64,000 nucleotides of DNA from Smithellaceae bacterium (GTDB lineage Bacteria; Desulfobacterota; Syntrophia; Syntrophales; Smithellaceae), in assembly GCA_963667845.2 (NCBI GenBank), contig CAXXVL010000002.1, forward strand, positions 1,184,001 to 1,248,000, read 5' to 3'. Under the pieces are notes generated by a model. The model did no database searches and had not been told where the DNA came from. It was given only the letters and a program-made list of their open reading frames with translations. The position numbers and the translations under genes are program-made. Positions 1 to 10,423 of the stretch are shown piece by piece. Within the stretch, counting starts at the first letter, position 1; the number at the start of each line of letters is the position of its first letter.

Positions 1-2
1 CC

Positions 3-572
<570 letters not shown>

Positions 573-615
573 AGTCTTGCCATCTCCGATTTTGATGATT
601 ACAGTGATAAGAGGA

Positions 616-715
616 TTTAATGCCGCTTAAGAGGGACGAGCGTTAATTCTCCGCAGCTTGCCGCGAAATAGTGACGTTCATTTCATATCTCGACAGCTTG
701 CTGCGAGGTGTTTAA
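616..715 (+). repeat. ~100-bp dispersed three-hairpin intergenic element, copy A
   Basis: Aligns end to end with 15906-16004(-), 41802-41899(-) and 45034-45133(+). Confidence 0.9.
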
Positions 716-741
716 TTTAACAAAGACTGGAGTGTCAGCGG

Positions 742-1500
742 ATGAAGCGCAAGATCATCAAAATCGACGAAGATAAATGCACCGGCTGCGGTTTGTGCGT
801 GACGGGCTGCGCTGAAGAGGCCATCAAAATCATTGACGGTAAGGCCAGGCTGGTGAGTGAAGTTTTCTGCGACGGCCTGGGTGCCTGCATCGGTGAATGT
901 CCGGAAGGCGCATTGTCCATCGAAGAACGGGATGCGGACCCCTATGACGAAAAGCTGGTTCATGAGGCTATGGCCCGCGGCAGGGAAAAACCATCTTCCG
1001 CGGGGCAGACATTAAACGTCATGCCGCCTGCGGGGGGCGGCTGTCCCGGATCGGCTGCCGCCGTATTTGACCGAAAAGCAAAACCGGCCGCTGAAAGAAA
1101 ACAAGCAGGTGCACAGCCCTCTGAACTGACCCACTGGCCGATACAATTGCATCTCGTGAATCCCGCAGCCGAATTCTTCCGCGGCAAAGATGTTGTGCTG
1201 GCTGCGGACTGCGTCGCTTTTGCCCTGGGCGATTTTCACGACCGGTTTTTGAAGGGCAAGAGCCTGGCGATCGGCTGCCCCAAACTGGATGAAGGGCAGG
1301 ACGAGTATGTCGAAAAAATCCGTCGGATGGCGGATGAGGCCAAGATCAATACTCTTTCGGTTATTATGATGCAGGTTCCCTGCTGCCGCGGGCTCATGCA
1401 GGTGGCCCGGGCCGGTCTGCAAAAGGCCGCAAGAAAAGTGCCCCTCAAAGCCGTCGTTATCGGCATCCAGGGCGATGTCCTTTCCGAAGAGTGGGTTTAG
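742..1500 (+). CDS. 2x[4Fe-4S] ferredoxin-domain protein / Fe-S oxidoreductase
   Basis: N-terminal CTGCGLCVTGC and CDGLGACIGECP; C-terminal WPIQLHL, GCPKLD and VPCC motifs. Confidence 0.85.
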   Translation: MKRKIIKIDEDKCTGCGLCVTGCAEEAIKIIDGKARLVSEVFCDGLGACIGECPEGALSIEERDADPYDEKLVHEAMARGREKPSSAGQTLNVMPPAGGGCPGSAAAVFDRKAKPAAERKQAGAQPSELTHWPIQLHLVNPAAEFFRGKDVVLAADCVAFALGDFHDRFLKGKSLAIGCPKLDEGQDEYVEKIRRMADEAKINTLSVIMMQVPCCRGLMQVARAGLQKAARKVPLKAVVIGIQGDVLSEEWV

Positions 1501-1550
1501 ATAGAGCCCCAGGTCGAGGGCGGTCAAACGGACCACTATGATGGAAGTCA

Positions 1551-1596
1551 AAAAAAGAGCCGTCCGGGGTTTTGCCCCCGACGGCTCTTGTCGTTT
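1551..1596. terminator. Bidirectional intrinsic terminator
   Basis: AAGAGCCGTC...GACGGCTCTT stem with an A-run, between convergent genes. Confidence 0.75.
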
Positions 1597-1620
1597 CCTG
1601 ACGAGGGAATGATTTCTCCT

Positions 1621-2463
1621 TTACTGGCTGGTTCTTCTCCGGCATAGCGCGATAATGACGCCGCCCAGTCCGAACGTAATGACCAACGCCTTGATCAGCA
1701 TGCCGATATAGAGGGGAATCCAGCCGAGAAGCCACAGCAGGCTGACGCCGACCAACGCTTCCTTCACCAGTGATTTCTTATATCCCCGAAAGATTCTGGT
1801 GATGATGAAATTGCCCAGGAGGACGCCGAAAGCAATGAACCCGACAATGGCTGCAATGAGCAGGACCGTAAAGGCCAGCGGTATCAAAACGATGCCGATA
1901 ATCGATATGGCCAGCAGCATAAAGAAGGGCACAATCATCAGTGTAGCCAGTATGCCCCAGAAGAATGACTTCAGTTTATTGGACTCAATGGCATTAGCGA
2001 TGAGAGCGAGCGATCGGGGAATCAGCAGGGTCATGATGAGAGTGGTAATCAGGATGATGGCAAAGAAGCACAACGAGATGATGTTTAAAATCAGCGACCA
2101 GCCTTCCAATTCTCCCCGCATCGCCGAGGTAATGGCTTCGGAGAGGGTAGAAGAGTTGATTTCCGTGACATCCCCGTAAACGAGCGAGCCGCTGCCTCGG
2201 GCCACCACGCCGCCCACAACGATGACGTTTCCGCGGACGACGGCCTTATTGGTCAGGACAACGGATCCGGCAACGGCCACGACGTTCTGTTCGACAAGTC
2301 CGTTCACCGTGATTTGCCCGCCTATGGCAATGACGTTATCCGCGCCCTGCCCGTCGGCTATTGTGATATCCTGGCCGGCTTTGAAAATGATTTTCGCCTC
2401 GGCCGGCAGCGTCAAAAACAGCAAAAAGGCTACAACGATGAAGGCAGTCAGTTTGAAGTTCAT
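1621..2463 (-). CDS. Membrane protein with N-terminal bactofilin-like beta-helix repeats and C-terminal TM bundle
   Basis: Signal peptide, repeated (G/N)V(I/V)(A/V)xGGxV units, then 4-5 hydrophobic segments. Confidence 0.7.
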   Translation of the reverse strand: MNFKLTAFIVVAFLLFLTLPAEAKIIFKAGQDITIADGQGADNVIAIGGQITVNGLVEQNVVAVAGSVVLTNKAVVRGNVIVVGGVVARGSGSLVYGDVTEINSSTLSEAITSAMRGELEGWSLILNIISLCFFAIILITTLIMTLLIPRSLALIANAIESNKLKSFFWGILATLMIVPFFMLLAISIIGIVLIPLAFTVLLIAAIVGFIAFGVLLGNFIITRIFRGYKKSLVKEALVGVSLLWLLGWIPLYIGMLIKALVITFGLGGVIIALCRRRTSQ

Positions 2464-3134
2464 GAGTTGATCTTAGCGTCTTTCGCCGGCTTTTGCCGGG
2501 CAATGAATTTTTGCCGGGCATAGGCAACAAATCCCGGCATGACTGATATAATCACGATTGCCACAATCACAAGGGAGAAGTTCTCCTTGACGGAAGGTAT
2601 GTTGCCGAAAAAGTACCCGCCCAGAAGAAATGTACACACCCACGCGACGCCGCCTATAATATTGTAGGAGATAAATTTCCCGTAAGTCATTGCTCCGACG
2701 CCGGCCACGAAAGGGGCAAACGTCCGGATAATAGGCATGAAACGGGCAATAATGATCGTCTTGCCGCCATGCCGTTCGTAAAATTCATGCGTTTTAATGA
2801 GATATTTTTTTTTGAAGAAACGGCTGTCTTCAAAATGAAAGACCCTCGGTCCGATATAGTGACCGATGGCGTAGTTGATGCTGTCACCGGCGATACCGGC
2901 GATGCAAAGCAGAATCAACAGGGCTCCGATATGCAGCGATCCCAGCGCCGCGAGGGCGCCAAGGGTAAAAAGAAGGGAGTCTCCCGGCAGGATGGGAGTC
3001 ACCACCAGACCTGTTTCGCAGAATATAACAATGAATACAATAAGATAAACCCAAATTCCGAAACTTTCGATAATTACAGGAAGGTACTTGTCAAGATGAA
3101 TAAAAAAATCTATAAGGTAAAGCACGATGTCCAT
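2460..3134 (-). CDS. dedA: DedA family membrane protein
   Basis: ETGLVVTPILPGDSLLF, GGKTIIIARFMPIIRTFAPFVAG. Confidence 0.92.
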   Translation of the reverse strand: MDIVLYLIDFFIHLDKYLPVIIESFGIWVYLIVFIVIFCETGLVVTPILPGDSLLFTLGALAALGSLHIGALLILLCIAGIAGDSINYAIGHYIGPRVFHFEDSRFFKKKYLIKTHEFYERHGGKTIIIARFMPIIRTFAPFVAGVGAMTYGKFISYNIIGGVAWVCTFLLGGYFFGNIPSVKENFSLVIVAIVIISVMPGFVAYARQKFIARQKPAKDAKINS

Positions 3135-3377
3135 AGTTATGTCATACTCTTTTGGGTGCAGGCAGTAAAATGCGTGGGCATCCTATATAGGCTTAATAGG
3201 GGCAGTGTCAACATGAAATAAAACCTGAATGAAGAATTCGCTTCCTGCGGTATTTGCGGCTGGCAGTATTTCCGCGATCCCCCATCCGATGATCAACCTC
3301 CGTTCTTCAAACTGCCGCCTGATATTGATGAGATAATAAAAATAGAAATAAAAATAAAAAAGAGGAGATTAAAAACA

Positions 3378-4880
3378 ATGAGAACGAAGCAAGATTACAT
3401 CAAGGGACTTTCCAAAATGAAGCGCAATCTGTATTACGACGGTCAGCTCATCGACCGTACCGATGATTTGCAGGCGTTATGCCTCAATACCATCGGCACC
3501 ACGTACGACGAAGCGGAAAAGCCGGAAAATCAGGATCTGATGACCGCCATTTCCCATCTGACGGGTGAGCGCATCAACCGCTTCACGCACATCCATCAGA
3601 ACAAAGACGACCTGCACAAGAAGCAGGATATGACCCGCATGCTTTGCCAGAAAGTGGGCGGCTGCATCCAGCGCTGCATGGGCATTGATGCGACCAATTC
3701 CATCTATAACGTCTCTTTTGAGGCGGACAAGATGAATAACGGGGCGACGCAATATCATGAGAACTTCAAAAAATGGCTCACCCGCTTTCAGACGGAAGAC
3801 CTGGTCGGTTGCTGCGCTCAGACGGATGTCAAGGGCGACCGGATGTTGCGGCCGGCGGAGCAGCCTAATCCCGGAGCCTATGTGCGCATCAAAGAGCGCC
3901 TGAAAGACGGAATCGTGGTCGAAGGATGCAAGGTGCACATTTCGGAAGCCTCCGTGGCCGACGAGGTTCTCGTCGTTCCCACCCGCGCCATGCGCAAAGA
4001 AGACAAGGATTATGCGGTTTCCTTTGCTGTTCCGGGTGACTGGGATGGACTGAAGCAGGTCGTAACCATCCACGATCTGCGTCCGCGCAAGCATTACAAG
4101 CGGGGCTTCGTGCCGGGGTCCACGGACTCCTACATGATCTTTGACAATTGCTTCATTCCCTGGGAGCGCGTTTTCCTGGCCGGTGAATGGCAGCACGGCG
4201 GCGTTATGGCCCTGCTGTTCGCTCTATTTCACCGTCATTCCTACTCCGGCTGCAAGCCCGCCATCGGCGACGTGATCCTGGGCGGAGCGGCGCTCGCGGC
4301 CGAGGTGAACAATATCCATAAAGAATCTCATGTCCGGGAGAAACTGGCGGAGATCATCATGACGACCGAACTGGGCTATGCCGCCGGTTACACGGCCTCG
4401 GATCTGGGCGGACCCCAGGTTTTCATGCCCGGTAAAGGATTTGTCCCGTATGGTCCCGGCTCTTTTGTTCCCCATTCGATTTACTGCAATGTCGGCCGCT
4501 GCCTGTCCGGTGAGGCGGTCTTCCGTGAAGCCGAAATCCTGTGCGATATCTCCGGCGGCGTCACCGCGACCTTCCCGCATGAGGAGGATTTCAAAAATCC
4601 GGCAACGGGCGATCTTCTGCTGAAATACACGAAACGGAATCCCAATATGCCCGCAGAGGATCAGGCGCAATTCTGGCGTTATCTGGGCGATGTGCTGTGC
4701 TCGGCAACAGGCGGCATCCGCAACATCGGCGCCTATAACGGCGGCGGCTCGCCCATCATGGAGCAGATTGCGATCACGACGCAGTACGATATTGAATCCC
4801 GCAAGAAACTGGTGAAGTACATTGCCGGGATGAGCGGCGGCGACCGTGAAGCGCTGGCCAAGACCAATGTAAAGAAATAA
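3378..4880 (+). CDS. 4-hydroxybutyryl-CoA dehydratase / vinylacetyl-CoA isomerase-like (AbfD/HpaB family)
   Basis: CIQRCMG and HRHSYSGCK Fe-S ligand motifs, AQTDVKGDR, GGGSP; RBS GAGGAG. Confidence 0.85.
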   Translation: MRTKQDYIKGLSKMKRNLYYDGQLIDRTDDLQALCLNTIGTTYDEAEKPENQDLMTAISHLTGERINRFTHIHQNKDDLHKKQDMTRMLCQKVGGCIQRCMGIDATNSIYNVSFEADKMNNGATQYHENFKKWLTRFQTEDLVGCCAQTDVKGDRMLRPAEQPNPGAYVRIKERLKDGIVVEGCKVHISEASVADEVLVVPTRAMRKEDKDYAVSFAVPGDWDGLKQVVTIHDLRPRKHYKRGFVPGSTDSYMIFDNCFIPWERVFLAGEWQHGGVMALLFALFHRHSYSGCKPAIGDVILGGAALAAEVNNIHKESHVREKLAEIIMTTELGYAAGYTASDLGGPQVFMPGKGFVPYGPGSFVPHSIYCNVGRCLSGEAVFREAEILCDISGGVTATFPHEEDFKNPATGDLLLKYTKRNPNMPAEDQAQFWRYLGDVLCSATGGIRNIGAYNGGGSPIMEQIAITTQYDIESRKKLVKYIAGMSGGDREALAKTNVKK

Positions 4881-4936
4881 TGAAGTCCCATCCGGATGCG
4901 GCATGACATGTCGCATCCGGCTAGCGGTTGTGATTG

Positions 4937-4984
4937 AAAACCGGCGTCATGAGTTGTCCAATCATGGCGCCGGTTCTTTTTTTT
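4937..4984. terminator. Intrinsic terminator between convergent genes
   Basis: AACCGGCGTCATGA / TCATGGCGCCGGTT stem followed by a T-run; a second hairpin lies at 4893-4920. Confidence 0.7.
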
Positions 4985-5041
4985 CCAGTATGGGAATGAT
5001 CCGGCCGCTGGCCGTGTCGGATGAATCGTGCCCGGCCGCTC

Positions 5042-5539
5042 TCAGTGCCCGCCGAGGAAGTAGTAAGCCATAAAAGTGACCCGGAAAACAAGCTGCGGGA
5101 ATGCCTTTTGCTCCAGGTCTTCAAATCCCAGTTTTTCATACCAGTCATGCAATTCCCTGTGTTCGGCGATTATCCCGATTTGCAGACGGAAGGCATTGAG
5201 GAGACGGGCTTGTTCCACAGCATGCCTGACCAGAGCGCTGCCGAATCCCTGTCGGCGCTCATCGGGCAAAACGGCCAGACGCTCCAGATAACAGACCTCG
5301 TCATTGATTCGTTCCAGCGCGACGCATCCGGCGGGCCGGCCCTCATTTTCAAGAACAAAATAGGTTAGGCCGCGGTTCATCTCGCGCAGCAGCCACTCCG
5401 CCCGGCAGTTGGAGGGATGGGTCGGACTGTTTTGCGGCGTCAGCCCGAAACGCTCCGCCACATCCCAGAAGGCAGTCTGTATTAACTCAACAAGGATATC
5501 AATATCATCGCGCGTTCCCAGGCGGATGTTGTATGCCAT
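5042..5539 (-). CDS. GNAT family N-acetyltransferase
   Basis: LERLAVLPDERRQGFGSAL acetyl-CoA motif, WYEKLGF. Confidence 0.88.
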   Translation of the reverse strand: MAYNIRLGTRDDIDILVELIQTAFWDVAERFGLTPQNSPTHPSNCRAEWLLREMNRGLTYFVLENEGRPAGCVALERINDEVCYLERLAVLPDERRQGFGSALVRHAVEQARLLNAFRLQIGIIAEHRELHDWYEKLGFEDLEQKAFPQLVFRVTFMAYYFLGGH

Positions 5540-5557
5540 GGTTTGACCTCCCCGTTC

Positions 5558-5989
5558 TCAATCTGCCTGGCCTTTGCCGACAACAAATTTCCCTTTAAAA
5601 TACTTTTCCCTGATCGGGCCCGCTTCCTCATTGGCCCACTTTTCCAAACCGATTTTCTTGATCCGGCAGAGATTATAGACTTTCATATTGTGGGGATAGC
5701 GGCCGGCCTGATCCGCCGTGGGGGCAAGGTAGAGACACGGAAACTCGGCGCAGCTGCAGCAAAGGTCAACACCTCTGGACTTAACGCAATCCAATGTCTT
5801 GCACCCATTCGGCAGGTGGAAATGTTTGCCGTCCTGTGCCCGGCAGCCTTTGCACGGAATGGCTTCCCGCGGGATGCCCAATTTTGAACTGACGAGATCC
5901 ATAACTTCGGCAGTCATGTTCTCTTCATAGAAATCGCATATGAAGCAACCCAGCCCGCAGGGCGCGGTCAGTTCCTTTTTGTCTTTCAT
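5558..5989 (-). CDS. DUF3795 family Cys-rich protein
   Basis: APCGLxCxxC, CKGCR, CCSCAEFPC; RBS GGGAGG before ATG 5989. Confidence 0.8.
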   Translation of the reverse strand: MKDKKELTAPCGLGCFICDFYEENMTAEVMDLVSSKLGIPREAIPCKGCRAQDGKHFHLPNGCKTLDCVKSRGVDLCCSCAEFPCLYLAPTADQAGRYPHNMKVYNLCRIKKIGLEKWANEEAGPIREKYFKGKFVVGKGQAD

Positions 5990-6077
5990 ATTCGCCTCCC
6001 CAAAACGCATTTAAATGATGACGCTCAATGAATCCAATCGCGATCTTCTGTTTAGCCGTTTCCCTCACCCTGTCTTT

Positions 6078-6665
6078 TCAAAACAAGCGTTCAATGTCCT
6101 GCCCGACAAGGTCCAGCCATTTTTGGCGCTGATCCTCCGAGCTGGTCACCATGGACTCGAACATCCGGCGATGAAAGTTGTCAACACCGCACAAACCGAA
6201 GATGCAGTTTTCCCAGATTGTCTGAAGCGGATCGCCGAAGACGTCTTTTTCTCTCTGCGATTCGGTGTTTGATGTGTTGTAAACCAGAGCCGCCTTTGCT
6301 CTCAGCAATCCATGCGGAACGCCTGCGCCCGAATCGCCTTCAAGAAACTCATAGGCCAGCCCCGGGCGAATCACCCGGTCCACCCAGCCTTTCAGTATGG
6401 CCGGAGGCTGTCCCCACCAGTTGGGATGAACGATGACAATACCCTCCGCCATAGCGATCTCTTCGCAATGCTGCCTGACGGTATCCGGCAATGGAAAATC
6501 ATCGGCGATTTCCGCTTGAGGCAATAAAGGATCGAATTTTTCCCGATACAGATCATGAAAGAATATACGGTGCCCTTTTGTTTGCAGCGACTCAAACGCC
6601 ATTCGGGCAATGGCATGATTGAAACTATCCGGATTGGGGTGAGCCAAAATTAAAGAGATTTGCAT
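6078..6665 (-). CDS. NAD(P)H-dependent oxidoreductase, flavodoxin-like fold (KefF/MdaB-like)
   Basis: AHPNPDSFN, HPNWWGQPPAILKGWVDRV. Confidence 0.88.
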   Translation of the reverse strand: MQISLILAHPNPDSFNHAIARMAFESLQTKGHRIFFHDLYREKFDPLLPQAEIADDFPLPDTVRQHCEEIAMAEGIVIVHPNWWGQPPAILKGWVDRVIRPGLAYEFLEGDSGAGVPHGLLRAKAALVYNTSNTESQREKDVFGDPLQTIWENCIFGLCGVDNFHRRMFESMVTSSEDQRQKWLDLVGQDIERLF

Positions 6666-6791
6666 ATTGATGTTCCTTTTTTGTGTCCTCCGCTCGGGGA
6701 AGTGGATGTTGGAGGACTGCTCGTCTGGCAGTCCGAAAATTATACACCAATATTTCGATGGCCGTAATGTGGTAATTCAAAATTTATCTGC

Positions 6792-7667
6792 TTATCTATC
6801 ATCAACCTCTCCGCCGAGCAATGGTGATTGAACATTATGCAAAGAGCGGTTCCTTTCAATCTTTTTCTTACTGACATTAGCGTAACAGTATTGGCAGAGA
6901 TGCCCGCAAGTATTGTATTCGCCGATCTCCACACTGGCAGCGCACCCGCAAAGTTCCCGCTGGTATTTGTCCTTTCCGATGTTCAATTTCGTTCCGGTCA
7001 ATTTCGAAATCAGGCGATCGTCAATGCATTTGCCATGCTCAATTCCGAGATCGAAAAGATCGATTTGTTCCGCGCATGTTTCCACTTTGATGCCGAAGCC
7101 GCGGGCGATCCGTCCAATATTCTGTGCCAGTGTCCGCATTTCTGATTCAGCAGGCGGTCTCACGGAAAGACCGGACATCCGGCTGTTGATGTGACGGTAC
7201 ATATCGATAAAACTGATGATGCATTTTTCTGTATGTCCCGAAAGTTGTCTTGCCATTTTGCCGAAATGATCAGTATGGTACCCGATACTTATGCTTTCCG
7301 ACAGCAGGATCGGGTCATAACGCCAGATGAGTCGTTCTTTTCCGATTTTGTCGGAAAGCGTGAGAAACGTGTCGGCGATTTCATCCTTCGGCGGCAGGTG
7401 CGGCTCAATGTCTCTGCCGTAAGGTGTCAGTGTGAATTGAAAATAGAAAGTAAAGTCGTTGAGCAATTGAAGTCGCTTGCGCATCGGGGCCGGATCTTTG
7501 GTCCAGAAGACAAGACAATCGACATCCGCAGGCGCAAGTGATATTCGTCTGACCTGTTTGGGATTCATCGGATTGCGCACCTGCACGTATCCCGAGCGGA
7601 GCCGGTTAAAAAACCAGTCGCTGTAAAATGCTGGTATATCCGAACGTCTGCTGCAGCTGATGATCAT
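6792..7667 (-). CDS. DUF1848 domain protein (radical-SAM-like, C-terminal Cys cluster)
   Basis: MIISxSRRSDIPAFYSDWF, VFWTK, WRYDPI, YNTCGHLCQYCYAN. Confidence 0.88.
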   Translation of the reverse strand: MIISCSRRSDIPAFYSDWFFNRLRSGYVQVRNPMNPKQVRRISLAPADVDCLVFWTKDPAPMRKRLQLLNDFTFYFQFTLTPYGRDIEPHLPPKDEIADTFLTLSDKIGKERLIWRYDPILLSESISIGYHTDHFGKMARQLSGHTEKCIISFIDMYRHINSRMSGLSVRPPAESEMRTLAQNIGRIARGFGIKVETCAEQIDLFDLGIEHGKCIDDRLISKLTGTKLNIGKDKYQRELCGCAASVEIGEYNTCGHLCQYCYANVSKKKIERNRSLHNVQSPLLGGEVDDR

Positions 7668-7780
7668 TGTCTCTACCGCAAATTATCCTTATTTCTGCAT
7701 CACCAGTTGAATCCGTAATGAAAAAAGGTAGAGAGATACATATTCATCAACCAGGATTATACGGTAAAAGGATATTGTGC

Positions 7781-10423
7781 TTATTGAGTCAGTATCTTCT
7801 CCAGTGCCGGGAATATTTTATTTAAATTCTCCGGCTGCGTACCTCCGGCCTGGGCCATATCGGGGCGTCCGCCGCCTTTGCCGCCCACGAGGGGGGCCAG
7901 TTCCTTGATGATGTTTCCGGCATGGAATTTCGTGGCGAGGTCTTTGGTGACCATGCACAAAAGCAGGGCTTTGTCATCGGCCTTGCTGCCCAGTAGAATA
8001 ACACCGGAAGCCAGTTTATCGCGAAGCTTGTCGCCGAAGTCGCGCAAGGTCTTGGCGTCGGCAATGCTTACTTCCGCGGCCAGCACTTTAACGCCGGCGA
8101 TGTCCCTCACCTGACTCATCAGATCACCGGAAGCGTTGGCGGCGAGTTTTCCTTTGAGGGATTCAATTTCCCTTTCCAATTCACGTGTCTGTTTCAGGAG
8201 TTTGTCGGCCCGGTCATAAACTTCGAAGTGCCCGGCCTTGAATAGTCCCGCCGTGCGCTTGAGTTCTTCTTCGGCTCTTTGCACATGAGCGACGGCTTCC
8301 TTGCCGGTGAGGGCTTCGATCCGGCGAACGCCGGCCGCGATGGCCGATTCGTGAACCACTTTCAAGAGACCGATATCTCCGGTTCGCTTCACATGCGTCC
8401 CGCCGCACAGTTCCATGCTCATTTCGCCCATTTTCACAATGCGGACAGTCGCGCCGTATTTTTCATCAAATACTGCTGTTGCACCGGTTTTAAGGGCATC
8501 CTCGAGCGCGCAGACCTCCGTTCGCACATCCAGGTTGCGGCGGATCATTCCGTTCGCGATATCCTCCACGCGCTGCAGTTCTTCGTCGCTGATTTTCGAA
8601 AAATGGGTGAAGTCAAAACGCAGCCGTTCGGCTGTAACCTGCGACCCGGATTGTTTGATATGATCACCCAGGACTGCTTTCAGCGCCGCCTGCAAAACGT
8701 GCGTGCCGGAATGGTTGGCGGCAATCGCCTTGCGGCGTTCTTCATCGACGATCAGCTTCGCCGCGTCGCCCACTTTAATTTTTCCTTTTTGCACAATGCC
8801 CTTGTGGACGATGAATCTCTCGATCGGCTTTTTGGTATCGAGGACCGTAAAGCTAAACCCGGCCCCTTCCACATAGCCCGTGTCACCGGTCTGTCCGCCG
8901 GACTCGCCGTAAAACGGCGTGGCCGCGAGAACGATCTCGGCCTCTTGTCCTTCTTCTACGTGCTGCACGGATTCACCGCTGGCAAAGATGGCCGCGATTG
9001 TCGATTCCGACCTCACCACGCCTTCGTAGCCGCAAAACTCCGTGACGATCCCGGAGCTCGATGCCTTCAGGTAGCAGTCCGCAACAGCCTCTTCACCGCT
9101 TCCTTTCCAGTGGCCCCGCGCCCGCTCCCGTTGTTGTTCCATTTCGGCTTCAAAGCCTTCGGTGTCGAGCGTGATGCTATCTTTTTTCACGATGTCCGCC
9201 GTCAAATCGACCGGAAATCCGAAGGTGTCATAAAGCTTGAAGATCAATGTGCCGGGGAGGACCGACTTGCCCGCTTTCTTCAGTGCGGCCGTTTCTTCCT
9301 GCAAAATGCGCAGCCCGGCGTCCAGCGTTTCCATAAAACGCTGTTCTTCATTGAGGATGACTTTGGTGATGAACGATGACTTATCCACGAGATCGGGATA
9401 GACGCCCTTCATCATATCGATGACGACCTGGGCGCTTTCATTTAAGAATGGTTTGTTGATGCCGAGCATCTTTCCATGTCGCGCAGCGCGGCGCAGGATT
9501 CGTCTCAGAACGTAGCCGCGTCCTTCATTGCTGGGCATAATGCCGTCGCCGATTAAAAACGTTACGGCGCGGCTGTGATCCGCGATGACGCGGATGGAAA
9601 TATCATCCTCAAAGTTTTTGCCGTAAGGCTTGCCGGACATTTTTTCGACAAAGCGGATGATCGGCTGAAATAAATCCGTATCGTAGTTGCTTTTGACGCC
9701 CTGGATGACGGCGGTGAGCCGTTCGAGGCCCATGCCGGTATCAATGTTGGGTTTGGGCAGCGGAGTCAATTTGCCGGTCACGTCGCGATCAAACTGTGTG
9801 AAGACGTTGTTCCAGATCTCCAGATGGCGGTCGCAATCGCAATGGACGTTGCATTCCGGTCGGCCGCAGCCGACGTCGACTCCCTGATCGTAAAGAATTT
9901 CGGAGCAGGGGCCGCAGGGGCCGGTTTCACCCATCATCCAGAAATTGCTTTTTTCACCCATCCGGACGATGCGGTCGGCGGGAACTTTCATTTTTTCATG
10001 CCAGATGTTGAAAGCTTCGTCATCGTTTTCAAAGACGGTTATCCAGAGCTTTTCCTTCGGCAGTTTCGCGACGTCAATGAGGTATTCCCACGCCCAGGCA
10101 ATGGCTTCTTCTTTGAAATAATCGCCGAAGGAAAAATTGCCGAGCATTTCGAAAAAGGTGTGGTGGCGGGCAGTGACGCCGACGTTTTCCAGATCGTTGT
10201 GCTTGCCCCCGGCGCGGGCGCACTTCTGGCAGGTGACGGCCCGCGTGTAGCCGCGGTTTTCCAGCCCCAGGAAGGCGTTTTTGAACTGCACCATGCCGGC
10301 ATTGGTGAAAAGCAGTGTGGGATCGTCTTTGGGAATGAGTGATGAACTCGGGACCCGCGTATGCCCTTTGCTTTCAAAAAATTTTAAAAAACTCTCCCGT
10401 ATCGCCTCACCCGTCTTCACCAT
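7781..10423 (-). CDS. alaS: Alanine--tRNA ligase
   Basis: DPTLLFTNAGM, HHTFFEMLGNFSFGDYFK, ELCGGTH, GGGRPDMAQAGG. Confidence 0.98.
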   Translation of the reverse strand: MVKTGEAIRESFLKFFESKGHTRVPSSSLIPKDDPTLLFTNAGMVQFKNAFLGLENRGYTRAVTCQKCARAGGKHNDLENVGVTARHHTFFEMLGNFSFGDYFKEEAIAWAWEYLIDVAKLPKEKLWITVFENDDEAFNIWHEKMKVPADRIVRMGEKSNFWMMGETGPCGPCSEILYDQGVDVGCGRPECNVHCDCDRHLEIWNNVFTQFDRDVTGKLTPLPKPNIDTGMGLERLTAVIQGVKSNYDTDLFQPIIRFVEKMSGKPYGKNFEDDISIRVIADHSRAVTFLIGDGIMPSNEGRGYVLRRILRRAARHGKMLGINKPFLNESAQVVIDMMKGVYPDLVDKSSFITKVILNEEQRFMETLDAGLRILQEETAALKKAGKSVLPGTLIFKLYDTFGFPVDLTADIVKKDSITLDTEGFEAEMEQQRERARGHWKGSGEEAVADCYLKASSSGIVTEFCGYEGVVRSESTIAAIFASGESVQHVEEGQEAEIVLAATPFYGESGGQTGDTGYVEGAGFSFTVLDTKKPIERFIVHKGIVQKGKIKVGDAAKLIVDEERRKAIAANHSGTHVLQAALKAVLGDHIKQSGSQVTAERLRFDFTHFSKISDEELQRVEDIANGMIRRNLDVRTEVCALEDALKTGATAVFDEKYGATVRIVKMGEMSMELCGGTHVKRTGDIGLLKVVHESAIAAGVRRIEALTGKEAVAHVQRAEEELKRTAGLFKAGHFEVYDRADKLLKQTRELEREIESLKGKLAANASGDLMSQVRDIAGVKVLAAEVSIADAKTLRDFGDKLRDKLASGVILLGSKADDKALLLCMVTKDLATKFHAGNIIKELAPLVGGKGGGRPDMAQAGGTQPENLNKIFPALEKILTQ

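Noticed and set aside
616..715. The 100-bp repeat as a CRISPR repeat or tRNA
   Set aside because: Copies are kilobases apart with no spacers or cas genes, and there is no cloverleaf.
3261..3275. Sigma54-like TGGCAGTATTTCCGC upstream of the AbfD-like gene
   Set aside because: GG-N10-GC spacing fits, but the -12 element is poor (CCGC).
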